Assembly (NCBI GenBank): GCA_965215895.1
Contig: CBDCEY010000005.1
Coordinates: forward strand, 160,792 to 224,791
Length of the DNA: 64,000 nucleotides
Direction: 5' to 3'
Origin: Vicinamibacterales bacterium
GTDB lineage: Bacteria > Acidobacteriota > Vicinamibacteria > Vicinamibacterales > UBA8438
This document shows positions 37,566 to 47,257 of this stretch, piece after piece; positions within the stretch are counted from its first letter, which is position 1; each line of letters starts with the position of its first letter. The position numbers and the translations under genes are program-made. The notes below the pieces were generated by a model. That model was not told the origin of the DNA and ran no database searches. It was given only the letters and a program-made list of their open reading frames with translations.

Positions 37566-39691
37566 CTAGCTCTTCTCCTCTGCTTCCCTAGTTGATCCAT
37601 GCCTGCACGAGATAGTGGCGCTGTCAATCGTCCGGCCATTTTCCATCGCAGACCGGCTGGAGTATACCTGCCAGCGCCGGTCGCCTGGACCAAAACGGTC
37701 CAGGAACCGGTGGCAAAGGGCCCCGTGGCGAGACTCCGCAGAAGCTCCTCGACGTCCACCCGCCAGAGGTTTGCGGCCGCTTCCGTCAGGCTGTACACCA
37801 GGCCGGAGCCGTCGGGAAGCCAGTCGAAGCCGCCGACGTCGCCCTCGCGGGTGAGACGGGTCGCCGGCCCGCCCCCGGCGCCCGCGATGTGCAGCTCGCG
37901 ATCGGGCGCCGCGCCGGACAGGAACGCCACGCGAGTCCCGTCCGGCGACCAGCGGGGCCCCGTCTCGTCGTCGGCCGCGGTGGTCAGCCGGGCGCCGGGG
38001 CCGCCGCGGGCCGGCATGACCTGGATGTCGAACCCGACGTCGTCGTGAACCTGATAGGCGATCCGGCTGCCGTCGGGGGCGTAGTCCATGCGGGCGCTGT
38101 ATCCGCCGCGCGTGAGCTGCTCGGCCGGCCCGCCCTCCGCCCGCACCCGCCACACCTGCTCCTGGCCGTCCGCTCCCGGCGATCGGAACAACAGCGACCC
38201 GCCTTCGGGATGCCACCGGGGGGCGGGCGCCGCGCCCTGCGTCGTGAGGCGCCGCGGCGCGCTGCCGTCGGGCGCGATCAGCCAGATGTCGGATGCGCCG
38301 CCGGCCCGGTTGGACGAGAACGCCAGCGTTCCGCCCCCGGGCGACCACACCGGGTCGACGTCGCGCCCCGGATGCGTCGTCACCTGTCTGGCCTCGCCCC
38401 CCACCGCCGGCACGATCCAGATATCACTGTTCCCGCTGCGGCCGGACTCGAACGCGATGAACGCGCCGTCCGGAGACCACCGCGGCGCGGCGGTGCCGCC
38501 GGGGTTCGTCGTGAGCCGCCGCGGCGCGCCCCCGTCGATCGCGACGACGTGCACGTCACGCGCGCCTGCCCGCTCCGAGAGGAACGCGACCCGGGCGCCG
38601 TCCGGGGACACGACCGGATCGACAGCGATGTCGGGACCGGACGTGAGGGCCGTTGCCGCCCCGCCGTCGACCGGCACCGTCCACAGCCGCGTCCGCCGCG
38701 AAGCGACGCTGAACACCAGGGCCGCGCCGTCCCCCGACCACCGCGGAAGCCCCTCCTCCGCAGCGTCGTTCGTGACCGGTCTCGCCGCGCCCCCGGCCGC
38801 GGGCACGATCCAGATGTCGGCCTGGTCGTCGCGTATCGACCGAAACGCCACCCAGTTGCCATCCGGCGACCAGCGGGGCTGCTGGTCGTTCCCCGGCCCG
38901 CGCGTCAGCGGGACATCCGCCCCCCCGTCACGGGACGTCACCCAGAGGTCGGGGCTGCCGTTACGGTTCGAAACGAAGACGAGCCGGGCGCCGTCCGGCG
39001 ACCACTCCACCTGGTCGTGCCCGCCCGGCGCCACCGTCAGCGGCCGGTCCTCGCCGCCCGCCGCCGGCGCCACCCGAATGTGACGGGCGCCGCCGTCGGT
39101 GGACACGAAGGCAATCTCGCGGCCGTCGGGCGACCAGCGCGCCCAGTTGCGGGCGTTCCCGCTCGTCGTGAGCCGCACCGGCGCGCCGCCGCCGTCCGCC
39201 GGCACTGTCCAGAGATCGATGCGACCCTCGAAATTGCTCGAGTACAGCACCGTGGACCCGTCGGGCGACCACTGCGGATCGCGCACCCGCCCTGGGCCGG
39301 AGGTCATCCGCACCGGATCTCCCCCGGCCGCGGGCACGATCCAGAGATCGGCAGGTCCCTCCCGACCGGAGACGTAGGCGAGGCGGGAACCGTCGGGCGA
39401 CCAGCTCGGGGCCGTGAGAAAGTCGTGCCCGCCGGTCAGCATCGTGGCGTCGCCGCCGGCGAGCGGGGCCGTCCAGAGGCCGAGCGCATCGCCGCGATCG
39501 GACACGAAGGCGACCCGGGAGCCGTCCGGCGCCACTGCAATACCGCGATCCACGGCCGCGCCGGCGGTGACGGCGGCCCGCGAGAGGTCGCCCGCGTCGA
39601 AGCCGGCGCCGGCGGGCAACGGCGCCGGCGGATCGGCGCACCCGGAGGCCGTCAACAGCAACGCGAGGAGCCGGCGCCGCAGGCGTCCCAT
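37562..39691 (-). CDS. TolB-like multi-PD40 (WD40-like beta-propeller) lipoprotein
   Basis: Start at ATG 39691, with lipobox LLLTASGC. More than 15 repeats of the P.WSPDG..(I/L)AF.S pattern. 709 aa. Confidence 0.8.
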   Translation of the reverse strand: MGRLRRRLLALLLTASGCADPPAPLPAGAGFDAGDLSRAAVTAGAAVDRGIAVAPDGSRVAFVSDRGDALGLWTAPLAGGDATMLTGGHDFLTAPSWSPDGSRLAYVSGREGPADLWIVPAAGGDPVRMTSGPGRVRDPQWSPDGSTVLYSSNFEGRIDLWTVPADGGGAPVRLTTSGNARNWARWSPDGREIAFVSTDGGARHIRVAPAAGGEDRPLTVAPGGHDQVEWSPDGARLVFVSNRNGSPDLWVTSRDGGADVPLTRGPGNDQQPRWSPDGNWVAFRSIRDDQADIWIVPAAGGAARPVTNDAAEEGLPRWSGDGAALVFSVASRRTRLWTVPVDGGAATALTSGPDIAVDPVVSPDGARVAFLSERAGARDVHVVAIDGGAPRRLTTNPGGTAAPRWSPDGAFIAFESGRSGNSDIWIVPAVGGEARQVTTHPGRDVDPVWSPGGGTLAFSSNRAGGASDIWLIAPDGSAPRRLTTQGAAPAPRWHPEGGSLLFRSPGADGQEQVWRVRAEGGPAEQLTRGGYSARMDYAPDGSRIAYQVHDDVGFDIQVMPARGGPGARLTTAADDETGPRWSPDGTRVAFLSGAAPDRELHIAGAGGGPATRLTREGDVGGFDWLPDGSGLVYSLTEAAANLWRVDVEELLRSLATGPFATGSWTVLVQATGAGRYTPAGLRWKMAGRLTAPLSRAGMDQLGKQRRRAR

Positions 39692-39745
39692 GGTCTCGAC
39701 CGACGGCTGATTGTGCGGGAGCGGACGGGCCGGGTCAAGCCGCGC

Positions 39746-40084
39746 TTCGACCAGGAGGGCGCCCATCTCGACACGTGGTACCAGTTCAGCCGCATCAGCG
39801 GGCTGTTCATCGACGCCAACGACGTCCTCTATGCGATCGACTCCGAGTCGGACGAGAACTACAACCCCGGCGGCTGGCGGAAGGGGCTGCGCATCGGCAG
39901 CGCCCGCACCGGCGAGGTCCTGTACTTCATTCGAGAGCACGTCTCGGAACGGCCCTCGGGCATGGGAGGCTACGGCTCGATGGGCGAAGGAGTGACCGCC
40001 GACGCCGAGGGCAACGTCATCGCGGGCGAGGTCGGCCCCGTTCGGGGCCTCTCGAAGTTCGTCCCCCGCCTGCTCCCCGACTGA
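39746..40084 (+). pseudogene. 3' remnant of an NHL-repeat gene (paralog of 59943-61037)
   Basis: FDQEGAHLDTWYQFSRISGLFIDANDVLYAID...GWRKGLRIG...ADAEGNVIAGEV aligns with FDPDGNLLYIWTHYGKPSGLFIDGNDILYAGD...GWEKGVRIG...VDFDGNIYAGEV of the intact paralog. It has no N-terminal two-thirds and no start codon. It begins 55 nt from the divergent TolB-like start. Confidence 0.55.
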
Positions 40085-40244
40085 CGGCGTTCGCGGGCAG
40101 CGGTTCGGGGGACTCTGGGCCGGGGCCGCGATTGCGCGGCCGGTTCACGCGCCCCGCGGCCAGTCCCTCCGACCGCGGGGCGTTCGTCTCGCGAGCGGGC
40201 GCGGCCCCGCGTTCGGCGCACCGAACGGGCGGGGCGAATGCGGG

Positions 40245-41240
40245 TCAGGGCCGCAGCTCGCGCCCTGCCCTCTCCAGATTGCGCGCCCCCGCGAGAATGC
40301 CGTGGAGCCCGTAGTTGCCCTCGTGGCAGGCGTACTCGAACAGCGAACCGTCGGTCCGGCGGAATGGCATCATGACGGTGTAGGGCGCGGTGTAGACGGT
40401 CGGATCGGTGACCGTGAACTCGTAGGAGACGGTGTCGGGGTCGAGCCGCGTGAGCCGCTCGACGAGATGCATGTTCGGCCCCGTGCCCCCGCTCTGGCCG
40501 CCGCGGAACTGGGTGGTCTCGATGACCAGCGTCTCACCCTCCCAGCGACCGCGGGACACCCCGGCCAACTGCGGAAACGGCGGCTTCGCGGTGTCGCCGT
40601 CGATGGGGATGATGCGGGCGTTGTGCACCATCTCGTTGAGAATGGTCACGTAGCCCGGCGTCTGGAAGATCATGACGTTGTTGTTGTACGCGCTGGACCG
40701 CATCGGCGGGCCCGAGTTGAACCCCATGATGCACCGGTCGGCGAGGCTGCGGTTCTCGTACGAATCGTACATGTGCTCGCGGCGGTAGGCCGCGTTCTCC
40801 CGCGCCGCCATTGCCGCCTCTTCGGTCCGGGGCGGCAGGCGCCCGCCCGGCGGGTCGACGACCAGCGACGTGCGCTTGTCGGAGGTCAGCTCGATGCCCC
40901 GCTCGTACCAGAACTCGTTGTAGGACAGGACGCCCCCTTCCGAGCGGGGCCGATAGCCGGCCGCGCCGGTCTCGGGGTCGAAGAGATCGCGGTTCAACCG
41001 CGTCCGCTCCGCCGCCTCGAAGGCTGCCGCCTCCTCCGGCGTCAGGTTCTCCCGCCCATCGAACTGCGCGGGCCGCTCGAACGGCGTCAACGTGCGGAAG
41101 GTAAAGGTGCCGGACACGTCCGGCTGTCCGTCCGGGGTGCGCATCGGCATGGTGGGCTCGCCCGACTGCGCCGCCGCCATCGGCACGAGCGCGAGCACGA
41201 TCGCCGCGCCGACGAACGCCGCGAGACATTTCTTCAGCAT
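40245..41240 (-). CDS. Conserved secreted hypothetical protein (paralog of 57456-58469)
   Basis: Start at ATG 41240, preceded by GGGGAGA. Signal peptide MLKKCLAAFVGAAIVLALVPMAAAQ. Blocks shared with the paralog: SLVVDPPGGRLP, VMIFQTPGYVTILNEMVHNARIIP, RGRWEGETLVIET, EYACHEGN. Confidence 0.7.
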   Translation of the reverse strand: MLKKCLAAFVGAAIVLALVPMAAAQSGEPTMPMRTPDGQPDVSGTFTFRTLTPFERPAQFDGRENLTPEEAAAFEAAERTRLNRDLFDPETGAAGYRPRSEGGVLSYNEFWYERGIELTSDKRTSLVVDPPGGRLPPRTEEAAMAARENAAYRREHMYDSYENRSLADRCIMGFNSGPPMRSSAYNNNVMIFQTPGYVTILNEMVHNARIIPIDGDTAKPPFPQLAGVSRGRWEGETLVIETTQFRGGQSGGTGPNMHLVERLTRLDPDTVSYEFTVTDPTVYTAPYTVMMPFRRTDGSLFEYACHEGNYGLHGILAGARNLERAGRELRP

Positions 41241-41356
41241 CTGCAATCTCCCCTGGAAACGGGCGGCCGAATCAGCCCCGCCCGCGGCTCCATGTAACAG
41301 CACAGTAGACGGGCGCGGTCGCGAACGCAAGGGGCCGGCCGACGGCCCCGGCCAGG

Positions 41357-42373
41357 TTACGCCAGCAGCTCGAGCAGGGCCTCGGACACCGTATCGGGCC
41401 GCTGCACCGGCAGATCGTGACCCGCGCCCTCGACGATGCGCCGCGCGACGAGGTTCGTGAACCGGCTCTGGTCGCCCGACGGGTCGGGCGACGGCCGGCC
41501 GAAGCCGCTCTCGTCGCCGCGGAGGACGATCGCGGGCACCGTGATCGGCGGTCGCTCGGCCAGCTGCCGCTCGACCGCGAGGAAACGCTCCTCGCCGGGG
41601 GCGTTGAGGTGCCGGTGCCGGTAGGAGTGGATGACGATGTCGACGAAGTCGGGGTTGTCGAACGAGGGCACGGACCGCTCGAACGCCTCGTCGGTGTACT
41701 CCCACCCCGGCGACCACGTCTCCCACAGGTGCCGGATGATGTCGCGCCGGTTCGCCTCGAGTCCGGCCACGCCCTGCTCAGTGTTGAAGTACCACTGGTA
41801 CCAGAGCCGCGCCGCGCCCGCGGCCGAGCCCGGCCGGCCGGGATTGACGGTGTCCTGCACCGAGTAGCCATTGACCGCCACCTGGGCCCGCACCCGCTCC
41901 GGGTGCAGAATCGAGGTGATGCAGGCGGCCCGGTTGCCCCAGTCGAAGCCGGCCAGAGCCACCTGCTCCAGGCCGAGGGCGTCGGCGAAGTCGACCACGT
42001 CCTGGGCGATCGCGGCCTGCTCGGCCATCCGCGGCGCCTCGGGATCGAGAAACCGGGTCGACCCGTACCCGCGCAGGTACGGCACGAGCACCCGGTACCC
42101 CGCCTCGGCCAGGGGCGGCGCGACCCCGTCCCAGGAGCGGATGTCGTAGGGAAACCCGTGCAGCAGGATGATGGGAAAACCCCCGCTGTCGCCGTGCTCC
42201 TCGTAGCCGATCTCGAGCACCGCGGTGCGCACCGTCCGCACCGCCGGCCCCGAGGCCGGCTGCGCCGCCGCGCGCGCCTCGGCCGCGCTGCCGCGGTTCG
42301 CGGCGGCCGCCCCGGCCGCGGCCACCCCGGCCGCGCCGGCCTGCTTCAGGAAGTCTCGTCGGGTCTGGGTCAT
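41357..42373 (-). CDS. Alpha/beta hydrolase with twin-arginine signal
   Basis: Start at ATG 42373 (MTQTRRDFLKQAGAAG). PIILLHGFP...GFDWGN nucleophile-elbow region. 338 aa. Confidence 0.85.
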   Translation of the reverse strand: MTQTRRDFLKQAGAAGVAAAGAAAANRGSAAEARAAAQPASGPAVRTVRTAVLEIGYEEHGDSGGFPIILLHGFPYDIRSWDGVAPPLAEAGYRVLVPYLRGYGSTRFLDPEAPRMAEQAAIAQDVVDFADALGLEQVALAGFDWGNRAACITSILHPERVRAQVAVNGYSVQDTVNPGRPGSAAGAARLWYQWYFNTEQGVAGLEANRRDIIRHLWETWSPGWEYTDEAFERSVPSFDNPDFVDIVIHSYRHRHLNAPGEERFLAVERQLAERPPITVPAIVLRGDESGFGRPSPDPSGDQSRFTNLVARRIVEGAGHDLPVQRPDTVSEALLELLA

Positions 42374-42623
42374 GATGCTCCTCCGGCGACCGCCGGCCGC
42401 CGGCGGCGCGGCGGCAGACCTGGCCGCGAGAATCCTCGCCTGGGGCTCCGATTGGCCAACCAGCCAACCCTGCCGTGAAACTGCACCACGGCGGACACGG
42501 TTGGCGCCGGGCGGGCCGCCGCGCCTTCCTGCGCGGCCGTGGCAGCCTCGCGGAGGCCGGTATTGCGTGCATTGTAACCGGCGTGACGGCCGGTCGTCGC
42601 GGCTCCACCGATTCCGCAGCATG

Positions 42624-42666
42624 AATCCTTGAAAATAAGCATTTGACAGACCGATTTTCAAGGATT
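42624..42666. promoter_or_regulatory. Perfect 13-bp inverted repeat (possible operator or hairpin) upstream of the AAA_14/DUF4143 gene
   Basis: AATCCTTGAAAAT (42624-42636), a 17-nt spacer, then ATTTTCAAGGATT (42654-42666). It sits in a locally AT-rich patch. Confidence 0.45.
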
Positions 42667-43836
42667 AGCGTTCTCCGAGTGTACATCGAACGGCCGGCCT
42701 GGACCCGCCGGATCCACGAGGCGTTCTCCGTGCATCCGGTCGTCGCGGTGACCGGACCGCGGCAATGCGGCAAGACGACGCTGGCCCGCGCTATCGCGAC
42801 CGACTCCACGCCGGCCGCCTGGTTCGATCTCGAGGCGGCGGTCGACCGCAGGCGGCTGGGCACGCCCGAGCTGACCCTGGAACGCCTGCGGGGGCTGGTG
42901 GTCATCGACGAGGTGCAGCGGTCGCCGCAGCTCTACGAGACCATCCGCGTGCTGGTCGACCGGACCGACAACCCGGCGCGGTTCCTGCTGCTCGGCAGCG
43001 CGAGCCCGGCCCTGGCCACCGGCGTGTCGGAATCGCTCGCGGGCCGGGTCGGGATGGTCGACATGGCTGGATTCGACCTGGAGGAGGTCGGCGCCGGCGC
43101 CTGGCGCGAGCTCTGGCTGCGCGGCGGCTTTCCCCGCTCCTACCTCGCGGCCGGGACGTCGCGCGCCGCCCTCTGGCGCCGGAACTTCGTGCGCACCTTC
43201 CTGGAACGCGACGTTCCCCAGCTCGGCATCACGATACCCTCGGAGGCGCTCCGCCGTTTCTGGCAGATGATCGCCCACTATCACGGCGCAGTCTGGAATC
43301 GGGCGGAGTTCGCACGCGCCCTCGGCGTGCGTGAGAGCACGGCTCGCCGGTATCTCGACATCCTGGCCGGCGCGTTCATGGTGCGGGTGCTGCCGCCGTG
43401 GTTCGAGAACGTCCGGAAACGCCAAGTGAAGTCGCCGAAGATCTACGTGCGCGATTCCGGTCTGCTCCACACCCTGCTCGGTGTCGCCGACGGGCCGCAG
43501 CTTGGCGGCCACCCCAAGATCGGCGCCTCGTTCGAGGGCTTCGTCGTCGAGCAGGTCCTGGCCGCGTTCGCCGTCGACGATGCCTGCTTCTGGGCGACGC
43601 ACGCCGGCGCCGAGCTCGACCTGCTCATCGTACGCGGCGGAAAACGGTACGGCTTCGAATGCAAGCTCGCCGACGCGCCGGGCACGACCCGATCGATGCA
43701 CGTCGCGATGACGGATCTCGGACTCCGTCATCTGTACGTCGTGTATCCGGGCACAGAGGCGTATGCCCTGGGCGACGCCATCTCCGCGTTGCCGGCCAGC
43801 GGGATTCCGGCGCTGGCACGGACGCTGGAGACGTGA
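42643..43836 (+). CDS. AAA-family ATPase (AAA_14 + DUF4143-type)
   Basis: VAVTGPRQCGKTTLA (Walker A), VVIDEVQRSP (Walker B) and a C-terminal DUF4143-like region. The true start may be the GTG at 42679 (VYIERPAW). Confidence 0.85.
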   Translation: MTDRFSRISVLRVYIERPAWTRRIHEAFSVHPVVAVTGPRQCGKTTLARAIATDSTPAAWFDLEAAVDRRRLGTPELTLERLRGLVVIDEVQRSPQLYETIRVLVDRTDNPARFLLLGSASPALATGVSESLAGRVGMVDMAGFDLEEVGAGAWRELWLRGGFPRSYLAAGTSRAALWRRNFVRTFLERDVPQLGITIPSEALRRFWQMIAHYHGAVWNRAEFARALGVRESTARRYLDILAGAFMVRVLPPWFENVRKRQVKSPKIYVRDSGLLHTLLGVADGPQLGGHPKIGASFEGFVVEQVLAAFAVDDACFWATHAGAELDLLIVRGGKRYGFECKLADAPGTTRSMHVAMTDLGLRHLYVVYPGTEAYALGDAISALPASGIPALARTLET

Positions 43837-43848
43837 CGGTTCCCCGCG

Positions 43849-45492
43849 TCACCCGGGCCGCGGCAGCTCCGTCGTGTAGAACGGCTCCAAACGGTCGATC
43901 GCCTCGACCGGCTGGCGGTCGACGTCCCACCGGAACTGCCGCAACGCGATGCGGTCGGGCAGGAAGTCGCACAGCGTGAAGCCGTGGTCCTCGATGGGCG
44001 CCACCGACTCCTCGATGTCGAGATGAGCGGGGGGCGTGGCGCCGATGCCGCGCACCACCGACGGGAACCCCCGCACCGAGGTGCCGACCGGACCGCTGAG
44101 CACCGCGGTGATCGGCCGCGCGGCGAGGTCGACCCCGCCGGCGCGGTGGATGCGGCCGACGCCGATGGCGTGCAGATCGCCGCTGATGATCAGCGGGACG
44201 CGGTCGGGCTGGGCGCCGATGGACCGGGCGAGCCGGTCGTGCTGGCGCAGCCAGCCCTCCTGCCAGTACGGCTTGTCGACGGCGGTCGTGAGGCCGCCGC
44301 CCTCCCGGTCGAGGATGTCCGGATACCACTCGCCCCACTTGCCGGCGCTCCACCCGAACGGGTTCGAGGGCGCGTGCACGAGATGCCTGACCCCGGTCGA
44401 CGCGGTGCGGCCGAGCAGCCAGCGCTCGACCTGGGCCTCGACGAACACCGCGTTCGGTCCGGCGAGGCTCAGGGTCCGGCGCACGTCGTACAGCAGCACC
44501 TCGGCCAGATCGCCGTAGCGCACCGTCCCGAAGCTCTCGGACAGGTCGCCACGGTCGCCGGCCGACGACCACGGCAGCCCGGCCGGGCGCCCCGCGTCGG
44601 GCAGGAACTCCGGGTAATACAGATGCTGCGTGGCCCGCGCGAGCTGCAGCTGGAACCAGGGAATCGGGAAGCTCGCGATGTCGTCGGTGACCGCGTCGTT
44701 CTCCCAGTGGTCGTGGTCGTCCTGCAGGAAGAACACCGGCGTCGAGCGGAAGTCGCTGCCGTAGACGGGGACGATCTGGGGCCCCGCCGCCGCCTTCATC
44801 GCCGTCTCGTTGCTCCCGCCGAGCACGGTGGCGGAGTAATCGAAGTTCGACGTCCGGCCGCTCGGGCTGAGCTGCCCCGCGTTCTCGCCCTGCCACGTGT
44901 GCAGGTCCCAGTAGATGTGGTCGCCGTTGGCCACCGCAGCGTCCGGCTCGAACGACAGCGCGCGGCGCAGCAGCCGGTTGCGGATGATCGTCGGCAGGAA
45001 GCCGCTGCGCTGGCCGATGCCCTCGTACGACCCGCCGGGCCCGCCGGCGCAGGTGAAGAACAGCATCCGGAACCGCTCGGGGCTCGCATCCGGCGCCGGG
45101 AACGTCGACAGCGGCCAGGGCTCGCAGAGGGACGCTCCGTCCGCCCCGTGCAGCGACAGCGTGTGGCGGCGGTCCGGCGCGAGGCCGGTGGCGTGGAACT
45201 GCCAGTACTCCCCCGCCGTATCCGTCATGCGTCCCGGGACGTCGGTGGTCCCGATGCGCAGCACCGGCGTGCCCGACAACGGACCGTCGAACGACGCCTT
45301 CAGCAGGATGCGCGAGTCGCTGACCCCCGGCAGCAGGTGCCGGACCCGCCCGGGGTCCCACCCCTGCGGCGCGGGCGGAGCCCCCTGCTCGACCAGCGCG
45401 CCCAGCGGCAGCCGGCCGAAGAAGGCCGCGCCCATCGCGCCCGCGCTGCCGGCCAGGAACCGCCGGCGATCGACCGATCTCCGCCTGCTCAT
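43849..45492 (-). CDS. PhoD-like metallophosphatase with twin-arginine signal
   Basis: Start at ATG 45492 (MSRRRSVDRRRFLAGSAG). FFTCAGG ... ANGDHIYWD ... DDHDHWEND ... ISGDLH metallophosphoesterase motifs. 547 aa. Confidence 0.8.
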   Translation of the reverse strand: MSRRRSVDRRRFLAGSAGAMGAAFFGRLPLGALVEQGAPPAPQGWDPGRVRHLLPGVSDSRILLKASFDGPLSGTPVLRIGTTDVPGRMTDTAGEYWQFHATGLAPDRRHTLSLHGADGASLCEPWPLSTFPAPDASPERFRMLFFTCAGGPGGSYEGIGQRSGFLPTIIRNRLLRRALSFEPDAAVANGDHIYWDLHTWQGENAGQLSPSGRTSNFDYSATVLGGSNETAMKAAAGPQIVPVYGSDFRSTPVFFLQDDHDHWENDAVTDDIASFPIPWFQLQLARATQHLYYPEFLPDAGRPAGLPWSSAGDRGDLSESFGTVRYGDLAEVLLYDVRRTLSLAGPNAVFVEAQVERWLLGRTASTGVRHLVHAPSNPFGWSAGKWGEWYPDILDREGGGLTTAVDKPYWQEGWLRQHDRLARSIGAQPDRVPLIISGDLHAIGVGRIHRAGGVDLAARPITAVLSGPVGTSVRGFPSVVRGIGATPPAHLDIEESVAPIEDHGFTLCDFLPDRIALRQFRWDVDRQPVEAIDRLEPFYTTELPRPG

Positions 45493-45763
45493 GCTCTCCC
45501 TCCGCCGCTCACTGTGCCACAAGGCCGGCGGCGACGGCACCCCCGCCACCGGACAATCGTCCCGGCCGCCAGCCCCACCACCCGTGGATCCGGAGCTCCC
45601 CGCCCCCTGGTACGGCAACCGCTTGCCCGAACGCCTGCCACGGGCGACGACTTCATGGCCGAAAGGCCCGACTTGATCGACGATGACAGTCGCGTCGTGC
45701 TGTGACGCGGTGGCAGCATCCGCGAATCCCTGCCCGTCGCGAAATCGGCGCAGGCTCGAGACG

Positions 45764-46876
45764 TCAACCCCGCCCAGAGCCTAGCCGCCGCCGGAAGTCC
45801 TCCGCGTCGGTGCAGATCACCGCCGCCGCGACTGCGGCATCCCGAGGAACGTCGACGACGGCATCGGACACCTCGTCGGCGAAGGACAAGCCGCGCGCCT
45901 CGAGAATGCTCCGAACGACCGCCGCCAGCTCCTGCGCACGGCCCTCGGCCAGACCCTCCGCGCGCCCCTCGGCGACTCCCCGCGAACGGCCCTCGGCCAG
46001 TCCCCGCGAGTGGCCCTCGGCCAGTCCTCGCGCGAGCGTCTGCTCACCCAGGGCGCGCAGCATCGGGTCGTCGTCGGGCCCCGTCCCTTCCCGCGCGCCC
46101 AGCGCCCGCCCCACCCGCGCCAGCACGTCGTACGTCTGCGCCGTCACCGGCTCGGTCAGGCCCGCGTGAATCTCCGCCGCGGTCCAGCCCGGAAGGGCGA
46201 CACTCGCCGGCACGGACTGATACCGTCCGCCGAGCATCCGGTGAATCGTCACCCCCGCCGGCTTCCGCCGCGTCGCTCCGGCCGGCGGCACCACCACCCA
46301 CAGCTCCGGGAAGCCCCACGCCTCGTACAGCAGCAGCTTGCCGGGACGCACGTCGGTCGTGTGGTCCACCTCGAGCACCACGTCCGGCAGGTCGTGCTCG
46401 CCGATGACCAGCGACCCCTCAGGCGTCAACGCACGCTCCGGGCGCAGGTACACCGTCTCGTCCGCCTGCATCCTCCGATCCGGCTTCCCCTCCGCATCGC
46501 GCACCAGCAGATCCACCGACCCGAACGACGCGATCCGGGCGCCGCGCACCATCGCGATCCGCTCCACCAGATGCGGCAGCCGCCGCGACGTTCCCTCGTG
46601 AATGCCGCCGACCGGCTCCGCGACCACCCAGGCGGTCTCCGTCCGGGCCTCCCAGTACTCGATCCGGCCCTCGTAGTCATCGAGCCGGTCGCGCAGCAGC
46701 GGTATCTGCCGGCATCCCGGGAATCGCAAGTCCTTATCGGCTGCAGAGCCAAGGCGCCGCGGCGCGCCGAGCACCGGCGCCGCCGCGCCGCCAGCGCCAC
46801 GGGCCGACCAACGGTTCCCGCTGCCGTCCGTCATTCCCGCCATCTTAGCAGTTCGCCGCGGAACCCCGCGTCGCAC
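45764..46876 (-). CDS. Uma2-family (PD-(D/E)xK) endonuclease with repeat-containing C-terminal extension
   Basis: 370 aa. The core (IEYWE...VGGIHEG...PDVVLEVDHTTDVRPGKLLLYEAWGFPELWVV) matches the Uma2/DUF820 pattern. The C-terminus carries GLAEG(R/H)SR repeats. Confidence 0.7.
   Translation of the reverse strand: MRRGVPRRTAKMAGMTDGSGNRWSARGAGGAAAPVLGAPRRLGSAADKDLRFPGCRQIPLLRDRLDDYEGRIEYWEARTETAWVVAEPVGGIHEGTSRRLPHLVERIAMVRGARIASFGSVDLLVRDAEGKPDRRMQADETVYLRPERALTPEGSLVIGEHDLPDVVLEVDHTTDVRPGKLLLYEAWGFPELWVVVPPAGATRRKPAGVTIHRMLGGRYQSVPASVALPGWTAAEIHAGLTEPVTAQTYDVLARVGRALGAREGTGPDDDPMLRALGEQTLARGLAEGHSRGLAEGRSRGVAEGRAEGLAEGRAQELAAVVRSILEARGLSFADEVSDAVVDVPRDAAVAAAVICTDAEDFRRRLGSGRG
45934..46029. 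repeat. 24-nt x 4 in-frame tandem repeat inside the Uma2 gene
   Basis: The units are 45934-45957, 45958-45981, 45982-46005 and 46006-46029. They match one another at 18-21 of 24 positions and encode the repeated (G)LAEG(R/H)(S/A)(R/E) octapeptide. Confidence 0.8.
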
Positions 46877-46944
46877 CGAGGCCGAAGGCAGCGGGACCCT
46901 CTGCCATCCGCTGACATACCTTCACCAGGTATACTACGTCAGGC

Positions 46945-47236
46945 GTGGCGATTCATGGATTTGCCACTCGCGCCGTCGAGCGCTTCTTCGCGGATGGCAT
47001 CGCGCCGCACCGCGCCGGCTGGACCCCGGTCGCCCGGATCGCGCGACGGAAGCTCGACATGCTGGACTATGCCCACGAGCTCGGCGATCTGAAGTCACCG
47101 CCCGGGGAACAGACTGGAACCGCTGAAGGGCCGACTGGCCGGGCTGCACAGCATACGGATCAATGACCAGTGGCGCATCGTGTTTCGCTGGACGGCGGCC
47201 GGACCTGCTGACGTCGACATTCTCGACTATCACTGA
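46945..47236 (+). pseudogene. higB: HigB-type (RelE superfamily) toxin gene with a +1 frameshift
   Basis: The N-terminus (MAIHGFATRAVERFFADGI...[21 protein letters not shown]) runs in one frame. The conserved C-terminus ([42 protein letters not shown]) continues in the next frame after the cccgggg run near 47100-47106. Confidence 0.75.
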
Positions 47237-47257
47237 CGACCCCGATCGGAGGCGTTC

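Noticed and set aside
46911-46935. Possible higBA promoter (CTGACA ... TATACT)
   Set aside because: The spacer is only about 13 nt, too short for a canonical sigma70 promoter, so I did not call it.
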